In this document: positions 37,601 through 46,165 of the stretch, piece after piece
How the letters are laid out: every line of letters begins with the position of its first letter
How positions within the stretch are numbered: position 1 is the stretch's first letter
From: Paludibacteraceae bacterium
Lineage (GTDB): Bacteria; Bacteroidota; Bacteroidia; Bacteroidales; Paludibacteraceae
Assembly (NCBI GenBank): GCA_017391905.1
Contig: JAFOWX010000025.1
Coordinates: 12,943-76,942 of the forward strand
DNA: 64,000 bases
Reading direction: 5' to 3'
Notes under the pieces: model-generated
What the model was told of the DNA's origin: nothing
Seen by the model: only the letters and a program-made list of their open reading frames with translations
The model's database searches: none
Program-made: the position numbers and the translations under genes

Positions 37601-40600
37601 GATTGGGATTTTCTAAGGTTACGCCTTGGGTTACTTCACATTGACCAGTTGCATCCGTTACCGTTACTTGGTAATAACCAGGTTCTAAATTGCTTTGGTT
37701 TTGCTGGTTATATCGCGTCATATCAATGCCCGTTCCCGTCCATTCGTATGTGTAAGAAGATGTACCACCCGTAGGTTGCAACGTAATATTGCCCGTTTGG
37801 TCGTTGTGACAAGCATTTTGTTCTACTACCATATTTAAGGTAAGAGGCGCATCAGGTTGGGTTATCTCAATAGGGTCTTGCAACTTGGCCTCGCAACCAT
37901 TATTATCCGTTACCTTAACTTTGTATTGGCCTTTAGCCAAGCCAAAGGCATGCAGTTTATCGGCCGAAAGCTGATTAGCTGCGTCTGGAATACCCTCCCA
38001 CTCAACTTGGAAAGGAGCGTGCCCACCCAACAGGGCAATATCAATATTACCGTCTGTATTGCCGTAACAAGTTAGTGCTGTTTTAGAGGTTAAAGACACT
38101 TCTATAGCAAAAGGATCAGCATCGTTAATGCGGAAAGTTTGGCTATATGTATTACCCTGACTATCTTCTAAATGGAATACATAATCGCCAGCACTTACAC
38201 CTATTAAATCAATGCGACTGCCAACTACTTGCCCCTCTTTTATCCATTCTGTTTTTACGTATGGTGTAACACCGCCTGTAATGTCCAAGTCTATCATACC
38301 GTTGTTTCCTCCATGGCACGAAACGTGTGTTACGGTGCTTTTCACATCAAATGGTGTAGGTTCTGTTACTTTTACCGTTAATTGAGGAGCTTCGCAGCCA
38401 TTGGCGTCTTTTACATTTATATAATAGGTATCTGCCTTCAAGTTTTCCTGAATATAATCGGTGGTGGTAACCGCCGGACTTAACAAACCACCAGACCATG
38501 TATAAGTATATGGGGTAACTCCTCCATCTGCGTTTACCTCAATTTTACCAGATGCTTCGCCTACAATGGCTACATCTTGGTGACTGGTTACCACCTCTTC
38601 TAAGGTTAAAAGAGAAGGTGCGTTAATGGTAAAGGTGTAGTCTTTAGAACAGCCTCGAGCATCAGTAACCTTACCTTTATAGGTATAGTTGTTACCTACA
38701 CCGCCTAATCCGCCTATGCTCATATCTGTTCCTAACTCAACGGTAGGATCGGCTGCACTATACCAACTGAATGTATAGCCAGGGGTACCCGTTCCTACCA
38801 CCACATCGGCACGTGCTTCGCCACTTGCTTGGCTACTACATAAAGCCGATTGGTGCGAGAAGTTTACCGCTAACTCTGTTGGTTCTACTATCTCCACCTC
38901 ATCGCTAACCTCACAACCGTTTTGGTCTTGCACTAAATAGGTATATTTTCCAGCTTCCAATCCGTCAAAGAACACCCCTGCTTTTACCTCGCCAGTTTGC
39001 TGGTTGGTTAGGTTTTGAAGTATGTAGGCCGCTTTACCACCTGTGATTTGTGCGGTAATAGTACCATCAGCCTTACCAAAACAGCTAATAGGCGTATGCT
39101 GTAAATCTAATTTTAACTGATTGATTTGGATGGTTTTGGTCATTTCCACCACGCAATAGTTGTTATCCACATCCGTTCCTGTTACCACAGCCTCAATGTA
39201 GTCTGCATCGCCAAGGGGTACATCAAAACACATGGAACTACCTGTACCTACTTTTTGTTGTACCGAGTATCCGTTAATAAAGAGTTCGTAACGTACGTGA
39301 TCTTCTGTAGATTGCAAGCAAACCGTTAAGGCATCTGGAGTTTGGCACGAGAAATAAATGTCGTTTACCTGATCTATTTTAGCTATTCTAAAGTGTTTAA
39401 GCACAGAGCTTGTACACACTGGTGTTGGATTGCCTGGCACCATGTAGTTGTACTCGGCTTTTACGTGATACCCACCCTCCGGCAATTTAGCAGGATACAA
39501 GGTTGCCGTTCCATCGCCATGATTTACAAACGCATTGGCAATAGATGGGTTGCTAAAGGTAAAAGTTACGTTAGATGCTTGGCTGCTGCCTTTTTTGTTA
39601 GACTCCAACAGAATGCTTTCTTTATTGCCACACAACACATCGCCATCCGAGAAACCAGTAAATTCAACAAACTCGGACAAAATTTCAAAATCTTTGCTAA
39701 TGGTTGTTTCGCACGATAAAGCTGCACCCGTAGTTGCATCGGTAACGTAATCTGTTTTATACGTATAATATATGGTATATTCTTGGTTGTAGTTTCCTTT
39801 GGACAAATCAATAGTGGCTTTGCCGCTTACGGGATTTCCAGCAGCATCCAACACCGGATAAATAAACGGACTTAAATGCTCGCATCCTGCAAACGTACCA
39901 AAGCCGGGCACGTTGGGGAATGCTTCTACATCTACCAATCCTTGCGGAGCACAGTATTGAGCAGCCACGCCGTTTATGGTCATATCCTCTGTTTTTGCTC
40001 CGTGCACCATAATATCCATTTCTTCTACGGCCGTACATACATTATCGTCTATAACCGTACAGCGAATGGTGTGTTTGCCCAATCCTGCTCTGTCGGTATA
40101 AAAGGTTTGGTTTACCAACGCATCGGCAGGCGTACTGGAAATAAGTTCTATAGCCGCCGTTTGGGGAATGGTATTTAACTTAACTTCTGCGCCCCAACAA
40201 TGATCTTTTGGAAAATCAAATACAATATCGGCTGGTGCGTGCAAGTAGGTGTATTGTTTATGCTCGTCTTCACAAACATTGTTATCGTCCGTATACTTAT
40301 AGGTAATACAATATTTGCCTGGAGCAAACCCACCAGGGCTAAACACCGCAGGTGTTGATGCCACTTGCGAATTAACCACGTTTTCTAACACGTTGCCAGC
40401 CTCATCTATGCGGTCTATGGTAACATACCCTTGGGTTGCCCCTTCCGATTGTACATGCAAAGGCACATCTGGGTCGCCCGTACAATACGAATCTTCCAAT
40501 TCAAAAGGATGGATAGTAACCCCTTCGTTTATATAAAAATCAAAACGTTCTTTAAAAGGACATCCCTCCGACGTTAAGTAAGTAAACACCACCGACTGTG

Positions 40601-43600
40601 CTCCACGAGCTTGGGCCGAAGCGGCGTTGTTGGGATAAATGGTCCATCTACCATTGGCCGCACCTGGCTGATCATTTACGTTGCTAAGGGGGTTGATAGC
40701 AGGAGTGCTAAATTGTGCACTTTTAATATTTTGTGGCACGTTAGCGTAAATGGTAGCCTCGGCATCGTTGTAACAAATGGTTGGACCATTGGCTAACTGA
40801 GGGGCTAATCTGCCGGCTTCATTTAGTAGGTTATACCCTCCTGCCGTTGGCTGCACGTTGAATTGTCCATTGATAAACACATCTTTTTCGGCGTACGAGT
40901 CGCAACCTGCGTTGTCTTTTACTGTGTATCTTACCTTGTAGGTTCCTTGCGAAGCTAAGTTTTTAAGCTGTGCCATAGACTCACCTGGGGCGCCTATAGG
41001 TACCAACGTAGCGGCGGTTGCTCCGGTTCCTACATAGCTAATTAGCTCCCACGTGCCATCTTCGGTTAATGGATAACCTTGCAAGGTTACGTTTTTATTA
41101 TTGCCAGCAGGCACACAATATTGTAGCTGATTGGATACACTATTAGGGTCTATGGGCATAATAACAGGAGCAACATCAAATGTAACGGGCATCATATTGT
41201 AGATATACGTGCTCTTTGTTACTACCTCTTCGCATCCACCGTTTTTAATCTTGTATTGAATGGTGTACGTTCCTGTTTGGGTTACCGCATCCAAGTTAAT
41301 ATTACCGCCTTGCATCAACGCGGGCAATTCCAAACAACTCCATTCACCACCGGTTGCACTGCCTGCACTTAAACTAATAAGCGGTTCTTGCACATTGGGG
41401 TTGGCACAATATTTATCGGCCAAATCCAAAATTTCGGGATTCAACCTTTCTTTTACCTCAATGGTATAGCTGTTGGTAAATTCGCATCCCATTTCTGGCA
41501 TACGTACCGTCATGGTATAGGTAGCCGTTTCGTTGGCCTCAATGGAAACCGTTCCCATGTTATCGTAATCGCTACCCAACGACCACGAAACATCTACATC
41601 CGGGTAAACCGCAGGGTCGTAATTGGTACTTAGCACCACGATTTCGCCCGGACAAACCGATAATCTGGTAGAAGGTGTTATCACAAAATCATCGGCATTG
41701 GGAATATTTATCTCTACCGTAGGTGCATCGTCGGGTTGGTAGTTGCGCACACAACCTTGCGAGTCGCTCACTTGTGTTACTTTAATTTTTGTGTAACCTT
41801 GTGGCGTGTAGGTAAAGGTATAGGGCGAACGTACTATATCCGGAATAACTTGGGTATCTATCAACACGTCTTGCGCATCGTAGTAATCCAATATTACCTC
41901 GTAAGGCGAAACGCCTTGTGTAAACAACAGTTGCATGGTTACAGGCAAGTTTGGACACAAACGTTCCGACTCATTGGCGCGTTGCAAAGAAACTTGCGCC
42001 ATGGGTTTTTCTTGCACTAAAATGGGCGAATCGTTCAAATCAACCTCGCAATAGCTTTCTTCCATGTTGTTTCCTTTGGGAACACGCGCTTTAACCGTGT
42101 AGCTTCCCGAAGTTTGGTTTTCCCATTGCAAGGCAGAACCTGTACCGTCAATCCAAGTAAGCGGTTCAACACTACCCACTTTATACAAAGCATATTGCGT
42201 ACCATTGTCCGATGCGCCTATTTTTATATCCACGTTGGTAGGTACAGAACCTTGGCAATAAACGCCGCCATTGGTTACAGTTACTTGGTACATAGAGGGT
42301 GATTGAACGGCGTTTAAGGTTACATCCGAGGTGTTTGCACAACCGGTTAAGCGGTCTGTAACGGTTAAACGGTAGTTCATAGAAGCATTGCTACCCAAAG
42401 GTATGGTATTGGGCTGAGCAATGGTGGTATTACCATTGCGCAAACCATCTGCTGGTTCCCATTGGTAACTATAGGTAGTTACATTGGGCAAACCCAACAC
42501 CACCGATTCGTTTTTACACACATTATACGTATCTACCCCTCTTCCCGAAGCATCTGCCACCGGTTTGCTTTGCACCACCAATGTAATTTCTTTGGAGGTT
42601 TGACACAAAGTAAGATCTGCGTCGTAATAAGAAGCCGTTACGGTAACGGTTTTGCCGTTATCGGCAGCGGTTAATTCGCGGGTAGTTACCGAGGGGTTCA
42701 TCGTTGCACCCAACAAAAGGGAATAAGGATCGTCCCAAGTATAGCTAATGTTTGTAATATCCGGATTAGCAACAGACAACAAGGTAGCACTACCCTCGCA
42801 CACCCACAAATCTTTGTTGTTGCGCAATGTTTGTTCCAATACCAAAGTAGGCTTATTCACAGCCTGTACTTGAAAAGATGAGGTGGCTTTACACTTATTC
42901 ATCGTTGTGTTGTACACCTCTACGCTAACGGTATAATTGCCGGCTCTATTAAAAGTAAGATTGGTTTGAGCTTCATTAGCATTGCTAAACACACCAGCAT
43001 TTGGCAGACAGCTCCAACGGTAGCCCATACCGGTTTGTTCCATGGTAGAAACTTGCAAGGCAGTACCCACACAGGCCATTCTATCCAAGCCGGCATCTGC
43101 CACCGGCATAGCGCCTATGTTTACCGTAACCATTGACTTTTCGCCCACACACAAGGTACTACGATTTTTGTAGGCCACTTGACACGCTTGCTTATCCACC
43201 ACGTTGGTATCAAACATATCGTTATGCGCCGTTAGTTCTACGCCATCCACGTTATACCAAACCAAATCGTAGGTAGTGGCATCGTAATTTGTGAGCAAAT
43301 CGGCCCAAGCCTTAGAACCCACAATTTGACACTCCTCATAGGTTCTTACCTGTGGCTTTGGAGGCAATGCTACGTATGTATGCGAAATCATATATTGCGA
43401 AGTACAAGTTGTATTATAGCTATTGGTTGCTTTAACTTGCACTTGGTATAATTGTCCGTTTATGGGATTGGTTTCTTTGTAAACATGGTTCACCACCCTG
43501 TTGGTTACGTTAATACCGTTAACAGTCCACAAATAATTGACGCCAGTTTCGGGATTAGCTAACGTAAAACTAAGTTCGCTATCACACACACCACTCACAG

Positions 43601-44087
43601 TGATGTTTGGAATTTGGGGTGTAGTAGCAAAGGTGGCATTTGCTGTGGCGACAGCCGACTCATTGGCGCCATCTACCGCCTTAAACTGATACGTAAGTCT
43701 TTGTCCATTGGTTGCGTTGTCCACGGTTTTAATGGCCGAAGCCATGCGTACCCAATTGCCATTTTCTTGGCAATAATACTCATACAACGCAGCATCGTAG
43801 TTGGTAATTTGAAAATCTACCTGTCCACACATTTCCGAAACGTTCACCGTAGGAGTAGGCGGAACGGCACGTGCATCCACATCGGTAGGCATAACATCCG
43901 ATGGATTGGTATCCGAGGGTTCTACATCCGTGGGAGTATCGCCCGAGGGACTGGTGCCCGAAGGTGCCACATCGGTGGGTGTGGTTTGATTGTTAGGAAC
44001 GGGGAAATCTACTTGTGCATTTGCAGTGAATGCAACAACAAACAGAGACGCCAACAAGGCGAATTTCGATATAAATAACTTTTTCAT
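31665..44087 (-). CDS. giant (4140-aa) SprB-like cell-surface adhesin, T9SS type-B cargo
   Basis: Signal peptide, then a PTDV-rich tract, then about 1650 aa of Cys-containing Ig-like modules. These are followed by about 18 SprB repeats (C.G...G.I......GG..PY.Y.W), 2 PKD domains (WDFGDG) and a gliding-motility-type C-terminal domain. Confidence 0.92.
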   Translation of the reverse strand: MKKLFISKFALLASLFVVAFTANAQVDFPVPNNQTTPTDVAPSGTSPSGDTPTDVEPSDTNPSDVMPTDVDARAVPPTPTVNVSEMCGQVDFQITNYDAALYEYYCQENGNWVRMASAIKTVDNATNGQRLTYQFKAVDGANESAVATANATFATTPQIPNITVSGVCDSELSFTLANPETGVNYLWTVNGINVTNRVVNHVYKETNPINGQLYQVQVKATNSYNTTCTSQYMISHTYVALPPKPQVRTYEECQIVGSKAWADLLTNYDATTYDLVWYNVDGVELTAHNDMFDTNVVDKQACQVAYKNRSTLCVGEKSMVTVNIGAMPVADAGLDRMACVGTALQVSTMEQTGMGYRWSCLPNAGVFSNANEAQTNLTFNRAGNYTVSVEVYNTTMNKCKATSSFQVQAVNKPTLVLEQTLRNNKDLWVCEGSATLLSVANPDITNISYTWDDPYSLLLGATMNPSVTTRELTAADNGKTVTVTASYYDADLTLCQTSKEITLVVQSKPVADASGRGVDTYNVCKNESVVLGLPNVTTYSYQWEPADGLRNGNTTIAQPNTIPLGSNASMNYRLTVTDRLTGCANTSDVTLNAVQSPSMYQVTVTNGGVYCQGSVPTNVDIKIGASDNGTQYALYKVGSVEPLTWIDGTGSALQWENQTSGSYTVKARVPKGNNMEESYCEVDLNDSPILVQEKPMAQVSLQRANESERLCPNLPVTMQLLFTQGVSPYEVILDYYDAQDVLIDTQVIPDIVRSPYTFTYTPQGYTKIKVTQVSDSQGCVRNYQPDDAPTVEINIPNADDFVITPSTRLSVCPGEIVVLSTNYDPAVYPDVDVSWSLGSDYDNMGTVSIEANETATYTMTVRMPEMGCEFTNSYTIEVKERLNPEILDLADKYCANPNVQEPLISLSAGSATGGEWSCLELPALMQGGNINLDAVTQTGTYTIQYKIKNGGCEEVVTKSTYIYNMMPVTFDVAPVIMPIDPNSVSNQLQYCVPAGNNKNVTLQGYPLTEDGTWELISYVGTGATAATLVPIGAPGESMAQLKNLASQGTYKVRYTVKDNAGCDSYAEKDVFINGQFNVQPTAGGYNLLNEAGRLAPQLANGPTICYNDAEATIYANVPQNIKSAQFSTPAINPLSNVNDQPGAANGRWTIYPNNAASAQARGAQSVVFTYLTSEGCPFKERFDFYINEGVTIHPFELEDSYCTGDPDVPLHVQSEGATQGYVTIDRIDEAGNVLENVVNSQVASTPAVFSPGGFAPGKYCITYKYTDDNNVCEDEHKQYTYLHAPADIVFDFPKDHCWGAEVKLNTIPQTAAIELISSTPADALVNQTFYTDRAGLGKHTIRCTVIDDNVCTAVEEMDIMVHGAKTEDMTINGVAAQYCAPQGLVDVEAFPNVPGFGTFAGCEHLSPFIYPVLDAAGNPVSGKATIDLSKGNYNQEYTIYYTYKTDYVTDATTGAALSCETTISKDFEILSEFVEFTGFSDGDVLCGNKESILLESNKKGSSQASNVTFTFSNPSIANAFVNHGDGTATLYPAKLPEGGYHVKAEYNYMVPGNPTPVCTSSVLKHFRIAKIDQVNDIYFSCQTPDALTVCLQSTEDHVRYELFINGYSVQQKVGTGSSMCFDVPLGDADYIEAVVTGTDVDNNYCVVEMTKTIQINQLKLDLQHTPISCFGKADGTITAQITGGKAAYILQNLTNQQTGEVKAGVFFDGLEAGKYTYLVQDQNGCEVSDEVEIVEPTELAVNFSHQSALCSSQASGEARADVVVGTGTPGYTFSWYSAADPTVELGTDMSIGGLGGVGNNYTYKGKVTDARGCSKDYTFTINAPSLLTLEEVVTSHQDVAIVGEASGKIEVNADGGVTPYTYTWSGGLLSPAVTTTDYIQENLKADTYYINVKDANGCEAPQLTVKVTEPTPFDVKSTVTHVSCHGGNNGMIDLDITGGVTPYVKTEWIKEGQVVGSRIDLIGVSAGDYVFHLEDSQGNTYSQTFRINDADPFAIEVSLTSKTALTCYGNTDGNIDIALLGGHAPFQVEWEGIPDAANQLSADKLHAFGLAKGQYKVKVTDNNGCEAKLQDPIEITQPDAPLTLNMVVEQNACHNDQTGNITLQPTGGTSSYTYEWTGTGIDMTRYNQQNQSNLEPGYYQVTVTDATGQCEVTQGVTLENPNPLAVSIEPTHIVCHGRKGQAKAVVTQTGRGNLVYQWKDAAGTVIGNSNEISMLDEGQYTLTVTDNNGNGCTQQQTVDITQNNPIVLQIESGNIDCHDNQDGWAKVNVTGGSGQFNYSWELIGGGVISTADQVTHLDAKSYRVTVSEQADATCYQAAEVSISQPQEPLSITYDVQHVKIHGQATGAIVVKPQGGTPTALGEYSYEWLDGPNGFTPAERTSGTITNRLAGQYLVRVTDANGCSQEAIIEITQPQTIQVNATVKNVTCNGQNNGAVLIDANGITGGNGNYSCLWSWTDASGNPQTRMSVPGDPLTYSLLDVEAGNYDLLVTDTDNNTYQFTYVITQAEALSITTVLDRSKLLLNCNGDADGAIYVAIQGGATPYQSVVWSTAQQPAQYNYVENLTAGTYNVTVIDANGCSLTHSVDIEQPEYPMALTYTVTQNKCYGDTKGEIEVAVTGGNGNQPSDYTYHWSGGVGLKPGTDRYIQDELPNNETYLVRVADSKGCEISQVFDKLLVEPNPLSIDIKTQNVDCNGNLTGWAEATILSPGSGNYNYYKWENADGSYQVTNLKAEHLKAGEYTFSIEDVNGCLVQQTVTIEQPAPLTVTLDAPDVLCNGINEAEIYALVQGGTQNYTYQWELDNVPMPEAAGKSFLKDQGKGTYRVTITDANQCTTQDEHIVRWSDKMSFTKIDVTHVEVHGEATGVIDVEVQGGTTPPDLQYSWATIGGSFYDPTNSPDQHNLTAGVYTLLVTDVLGCELTTTQEVKQPEHMRVDYQLQDIVCPGDKGAVSITAEGGYQPYYVTITGASGVVAQGENVFEVDNLEAGFYTILVQDAKSNLTERNFSVSPVLDLKRQFHQSFTNTQIKCHGGATGKAMVEVTGGTAPYHVVWSGDGINGLDSKQVEYLKAGVYTATITDARGCEADPISLEITQPDAPLLLEAIITENTCYGAATGAIDITVSGGTPFAADPLYSYRWSGMSAVLDAQDQENLRAGEYKVEVKDANDCIVSQQFELREPMQLHATLSGNGIVCEGDEMAMQLNVEGVAPWKVTYTDGTQLYDIDVTERMSTITHTPTQSCTYKLIKVVDDGGMGCDIEVSGEVPVEVHMVPELTILDAETECCYGESVKVDMVMANEGGWSVTYTDGIQRFTNAHDYLVITPTQTGTKTYTISRIANAYCAKELDYQFDVTTYQIPQLTVQLPTEKVCEPDAIEIGLETEGSLPMLLKYTLNGTPFEKEINAANEAIVVDETSYKDVNNFMFETITSGQKCQATINQTYTIEVGMLPEAAKYINGRANICHETRESFVTAPLENAATYHWTVPEGFSIVSGLGGTSIEVVAGPDAQNGEITVCGVNQCGRKGKAVSFPVYLDSPIATNGRIDFGATYYCLDGKFITATVTDVEGATSYKWSLPTGFTDVSSAGNTVKQSILIEMDELARTTQISVTPTNHCTTGNPITATVTVRKNPVAEAGTDIYKPCKATSVVMGAKPVVGVGPSPDQNWQMVDGDGNIIDQKDPKSEVEQLLYGANTLLWVINDGYCTGWDTVRVFNRTPVLTYPEAEEVTICEDFMTLRAPEPAFDKGRWKLIGGDGEILDPDNNVTEIVGLSTSGVNEVRWEVYNEFCSESTSMFITSNSLHELADAGEDGVTTNGAFRLSAQNFNNPQVTGTWSVVSGSGGFADPNSPTTIVTGLAQGINTLRWTLKGYDCEAYDEIQIRSADEPVAGFNMSENRGCEPFTVQFDNITIGQAEYTWDFGDGRYSTLRSPEHTFDKAGVYTIKLTAKGKYKTDVTEKQIEVLPSPKAAFSVQSTQVYVPDAEVSFHCENIDMQSYYWDFGDGHFSTQKDPFYTYTENGEYDITLIVTDLNGCADTLTYEKYIRVGEGAFIVFPTAFTPNVTQMLDGKYKTEERRLDIFYPVWKNVETLQLEIFNQWGNLVFSTNELDQGWNGYFLGQPAAQGTYVYKAEGRYQDGTSFRVGGSVLLIR
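31668..31979 (-). other. T9SS type-B C-terminal sorting domain (approximate bounds)
   Basis: VFPTAFTPN...LEIFNQWGNLVFSTNELDQGWNGYFLGQPAAQGTYVYKAEGRYQDGTSFRVGGSVLLIR. Confidence 0.8.
31985..32460 (-). other. two PKD domains (approximate bounds)
   Basis: FTVQFDNITIGQAEYTWDFGDGRYSTLRSPEHTFDKAGVYTIKLTA, and YYWDFGDGHFSTQKDPFYTYTENGEYDITLIVTD. Confidence 0.8.
34450..39090 (-). repeat. array of about 18-19 SprB repeats of about 83 aa each, diverged at the nucleotide level (approximate bounds)
   Basis: The first unit is CFGKADGTITAQITGG (Cys codon at 39081-39083). The last canonical unit is CYGAATGAIDITVSGGTPFAADPLYSYRWSG, at about 34680-34770. Confidence 0.8.
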
Positions 44088-44111
44088 AGATTCTTATAAG
44101 GACAAAGTTTA

Positions 44112-44119
44112 CAAAGTTA
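44112..44119 (-). promoter_or_regulatory. candidate -7 box TAACTTTG for the giant adhesin gene
   Basis: TAnnTTTG on the minus strand, 25 nt upstream of the start at 44087. Confidence 0.4.
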
Positions 44120-44220
44120 CATTTTTTGTGCTATTTCTCAAGAAAAAAACAAAAAATTACACCTTATTATTGCCAATAAGTCTCTAAAAAGTTAAAATAA
44201 CTGCTAACAAAAGATTTTTT

Positions 44221-45168
44221 TTATACTTCGGGAACTTGACTGGTAGCTAAAAACGAAGCCACGTGACGACCGTATTTTTCTTCGTAAATTTGATCAACGG
44301 GAATCAAAATGGCACATTCTATCAAGTTGCCAAAATCGTGATAAACCGCAAAACCAAACGTGCGCATATAGGGCGATAAGCCCATGTATGCATTTACCAA
44401 AGGTGGAATATTCACACCCAAAGCACGCACTTCGCGGTTTAATATTTTGTAGTTTTCTTTGTATGTTTCGGCCGTAAAAATGGCATCAATTTGTTGCGGT
44501 GTGAACGAAATTTTAAACGGATCAATTGGTTTTATAAGATTTTCATTATCAGGGAAGTACTTATTTATAAAACCAAAAATCAAATCGCGCGCAGTGGCGT
44601 TGTAATGCGGATAAACAGTAACCTTTCCGTACATGTACTTAGCCTCCGGAAGCAACACGGTTAATGCCCCCAAACCATCCCATAAATTATCCAACGAAAA
44701 CAAGCTCTTAGACCCCATTTTAGTGGCTTGATAATCGGGATGCACAAAGCTACGACCCAACTCCAAGGTATAAGGCAAATATTCTTGCACAAATTGGGGC
44801 GAAGATTGATACATTTCGGACGTAATCAAATTGGGCTGACCATTGGGTAAAATTTCCACATCCTTGCCCAAAATGTAACGATAACCGCCTATGATTTCCT
44901 CGTTTAAAGGATCCCACACAAACAGCTGTTTATAAGGCCTATCCATCCAATCAAATTGGTCCATATCCATGCTCTTACCACTACCCCCACCTGCCATTCT
45001 AAAGGCCATTTCACGCAAGCGGGCAATTTCGCGCATAATATTGGGCGAATCTTTTGCCGTGGTCACGTAAATAAGATTATCTCCTTTGTTGGTACGGCGC
45101 AAAAATTTATCGGCTGTTAATTCCGCTTTTAACAACTCGCGCGAAACAGGAGCAATGATTTCTTCCAT
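44221..45168 (-). CDS. GNAT-fold N-acyltransferase, OlsB/GlsB-like (hemolysin-like)
   Basis: Start chosen at MEEIIAPVS, 4 nt after the upstream stop. At about 315 aa it fits the family. It is paired with a PlsC-type acyltransferase. Confidence 0.65.
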   Translation of the reverse strand: MEEIIAPVSRELLKAELTADKFLRRTNKGDNLIYVTTAKDSPNIMREIARLREMAFRMAGGGSGKSMDMDQFDWMDRPYKQLFVWDPLNEEIIGGYRYILGKDVEILPNGQPNLITSEMYQSSPQFVQEYLPYTLELGRSFVHPDYQATKMGSKSLFSLDNLWDGLGALTVLLPEAKYMYGKVTVYPHYNATARDLIFGFINKYFPDNENLIKPIDPFKISFTPQQIDAIFTAETYKENYKILNREVRALGVNIPPLVNAYMGLSPYMRTFGFAVYHDFGNLIECAILIPVDQIYEEKYGRHVASFLATSQVPEV

Positions 45169-45172
45169 GGAA

Positions 45173-45979
45173 CTAAAGGTTATAAACGGTAGCGCGCACT
45201 TCTTGTGCCCATTGATACGGTGTTTTTGAGGCATCAAAGGTTTGCCAAGAAATGGGTTTGCCTATGGTTACGGTTATGGTTTTATGTTGCTGACTGCGTG
45301 TTTGACGCACCAACAACAACATTTCAATGTTTAATTTTATGCCTAATTTGGTACGCCATTTTGCCAAACGATAAAAAAACGGCGTATTTTTTGCCTCGAT
45401 GTGAATAGGTACTACATCTCGCTGAAACTCAACAGCTTTAGACACAAATGTTTTTTTCCACTGGTCGTCGTAAATGCCATCTGCGTGTTTGCGCGACACC
45501 TTGCCCGCAGGGAAAAACATAATTTGACTATCCGAAGCATACGCGGCATTTACCTTTGCCAACAAATCTTTGCTCTGACCGCCCACTTTATTAACCGGAA
45601 TAAGCATGTCTTTGATAGCGGTTAACTGCATCAACAAATCGTTGGCAGGTATCAGCAAACCGTTTTTACAGGCTTTTCTTACTGCCGAACACGCCGACAA
45701 CACATCCATGCCACCTAACGGGTGATTGCACACAAACAACAACCTATCCGATTGCTGGGGTAAATTTTCCAATCCCTTTACGCGTACGGTTATATCCAAC
45801 ACTTCGATAACCTTTTCCATAAAGTCCAAACCAGAGACACCCCCTATTTCAACAAACTTTTTGTTCAACCAATCTTCAATCAGAAACCAACGTGCCACCT
45901 TAACTAACAGCCAGTTAGGTTTCTTTTTCATGCGCTTGGTTAGCTCTCCTTTTATGTCTATTTTAGTTACTACCGACAT
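45173..45979 (-). CDS. lysophospholipid (PlsC-type) acyltransferase, OlsA/GlsA-like
   Basis: The H(X)4D motif appears as NHPLGGMD, and there is a FFPAGKVSR motif. Confidence 0.75.
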   Translation of the reverse strand: MSVVTKIDIKGELTKRMKKKPNWLLVKVARWFLIEDWLNKKFVEIGGVSGLDFMEKVIEVLDITVRVKGLENLPQQSDRLLFVCNHPLGGMDVLSACSAVRKACKNGLLIPANDLLMQLTAIKDMLIPVNKVGGQSKDLLAKVNAAYASDSQIMFFPAGKVSRKHADGIYDDQWKKTFVSKAVEFQRDVVPIHIEAKNTPFFYRLAKWRTKLGIKLNIEMLLLVRQTRSQQHKTITVTIGKPISWQTFDASKTPYQWAQEVRATVYNL

Positions 45980-46087
45980 GGAATTTTTGTAATGCGATGC
46001 AAATATACAAATTTTAATAATTATTACAAGTTTTTACGTCCCCCTTAATGAGTTTGCATGCGTTTTCGTACACATTGTTAATAAGTT

Positions 46088-46124
46088 TGTGGAGTTTTTT
46101 GTCTAAAAATGTTGCAAAGTGTCG
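46088..46124 (+). promoter_or_regulatory. four TGT(G/C/T)-core direct repeats at about 10-bp spacing upstream of mraZ (candidate MraZ operator)
   Basis: TGTGG at 46088, TGTCT at 46100, TGTTG at 46110 and TGTCG at 46120 (the last in the context AAAGTGT). Confidence 0.3.
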
Positions 46125-46165
46125 CAAAAACCACTACTTTTACAATCGATAAAAGACACTATTTC

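Noticed and set aside
39163-39171. A perfect DnaA-box 9-mer, TTATCCACA.
   Set aside because: It is a single isolated copy deep inside the adhesin coding sequence and is most likely a chance occurrence.
31665-44087. About 30 ORFs of 60-154 aa on the plus strand inside the giant adhesin gene (for example 35391-35801, 39342-39719, 43614-44078).
   Set aside because: All lie antisense within one continuous 4140-aa frame that has clear domain content. Their translations are low-complexity or hydrophobic with no motifs. They are expected by-products of the codon bias of a long gene.
45169-45237. A 65-nt overlap between the two acyltransferase ORFs, produced by a TTG/ATG upstream start.
   Set aside because: The in-frame ATG at 45168 gives a 4-nt gap and a family-typical length. 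The extension has no conserved features.
46109-46165. Upstream ATG giving a 19-aa extension to MraZ.
   Set aside because: MraZ proteins start close to the first xxDxKGR motif. The extension also overlaps the phased repeat array that is more likely an operator or promoter.
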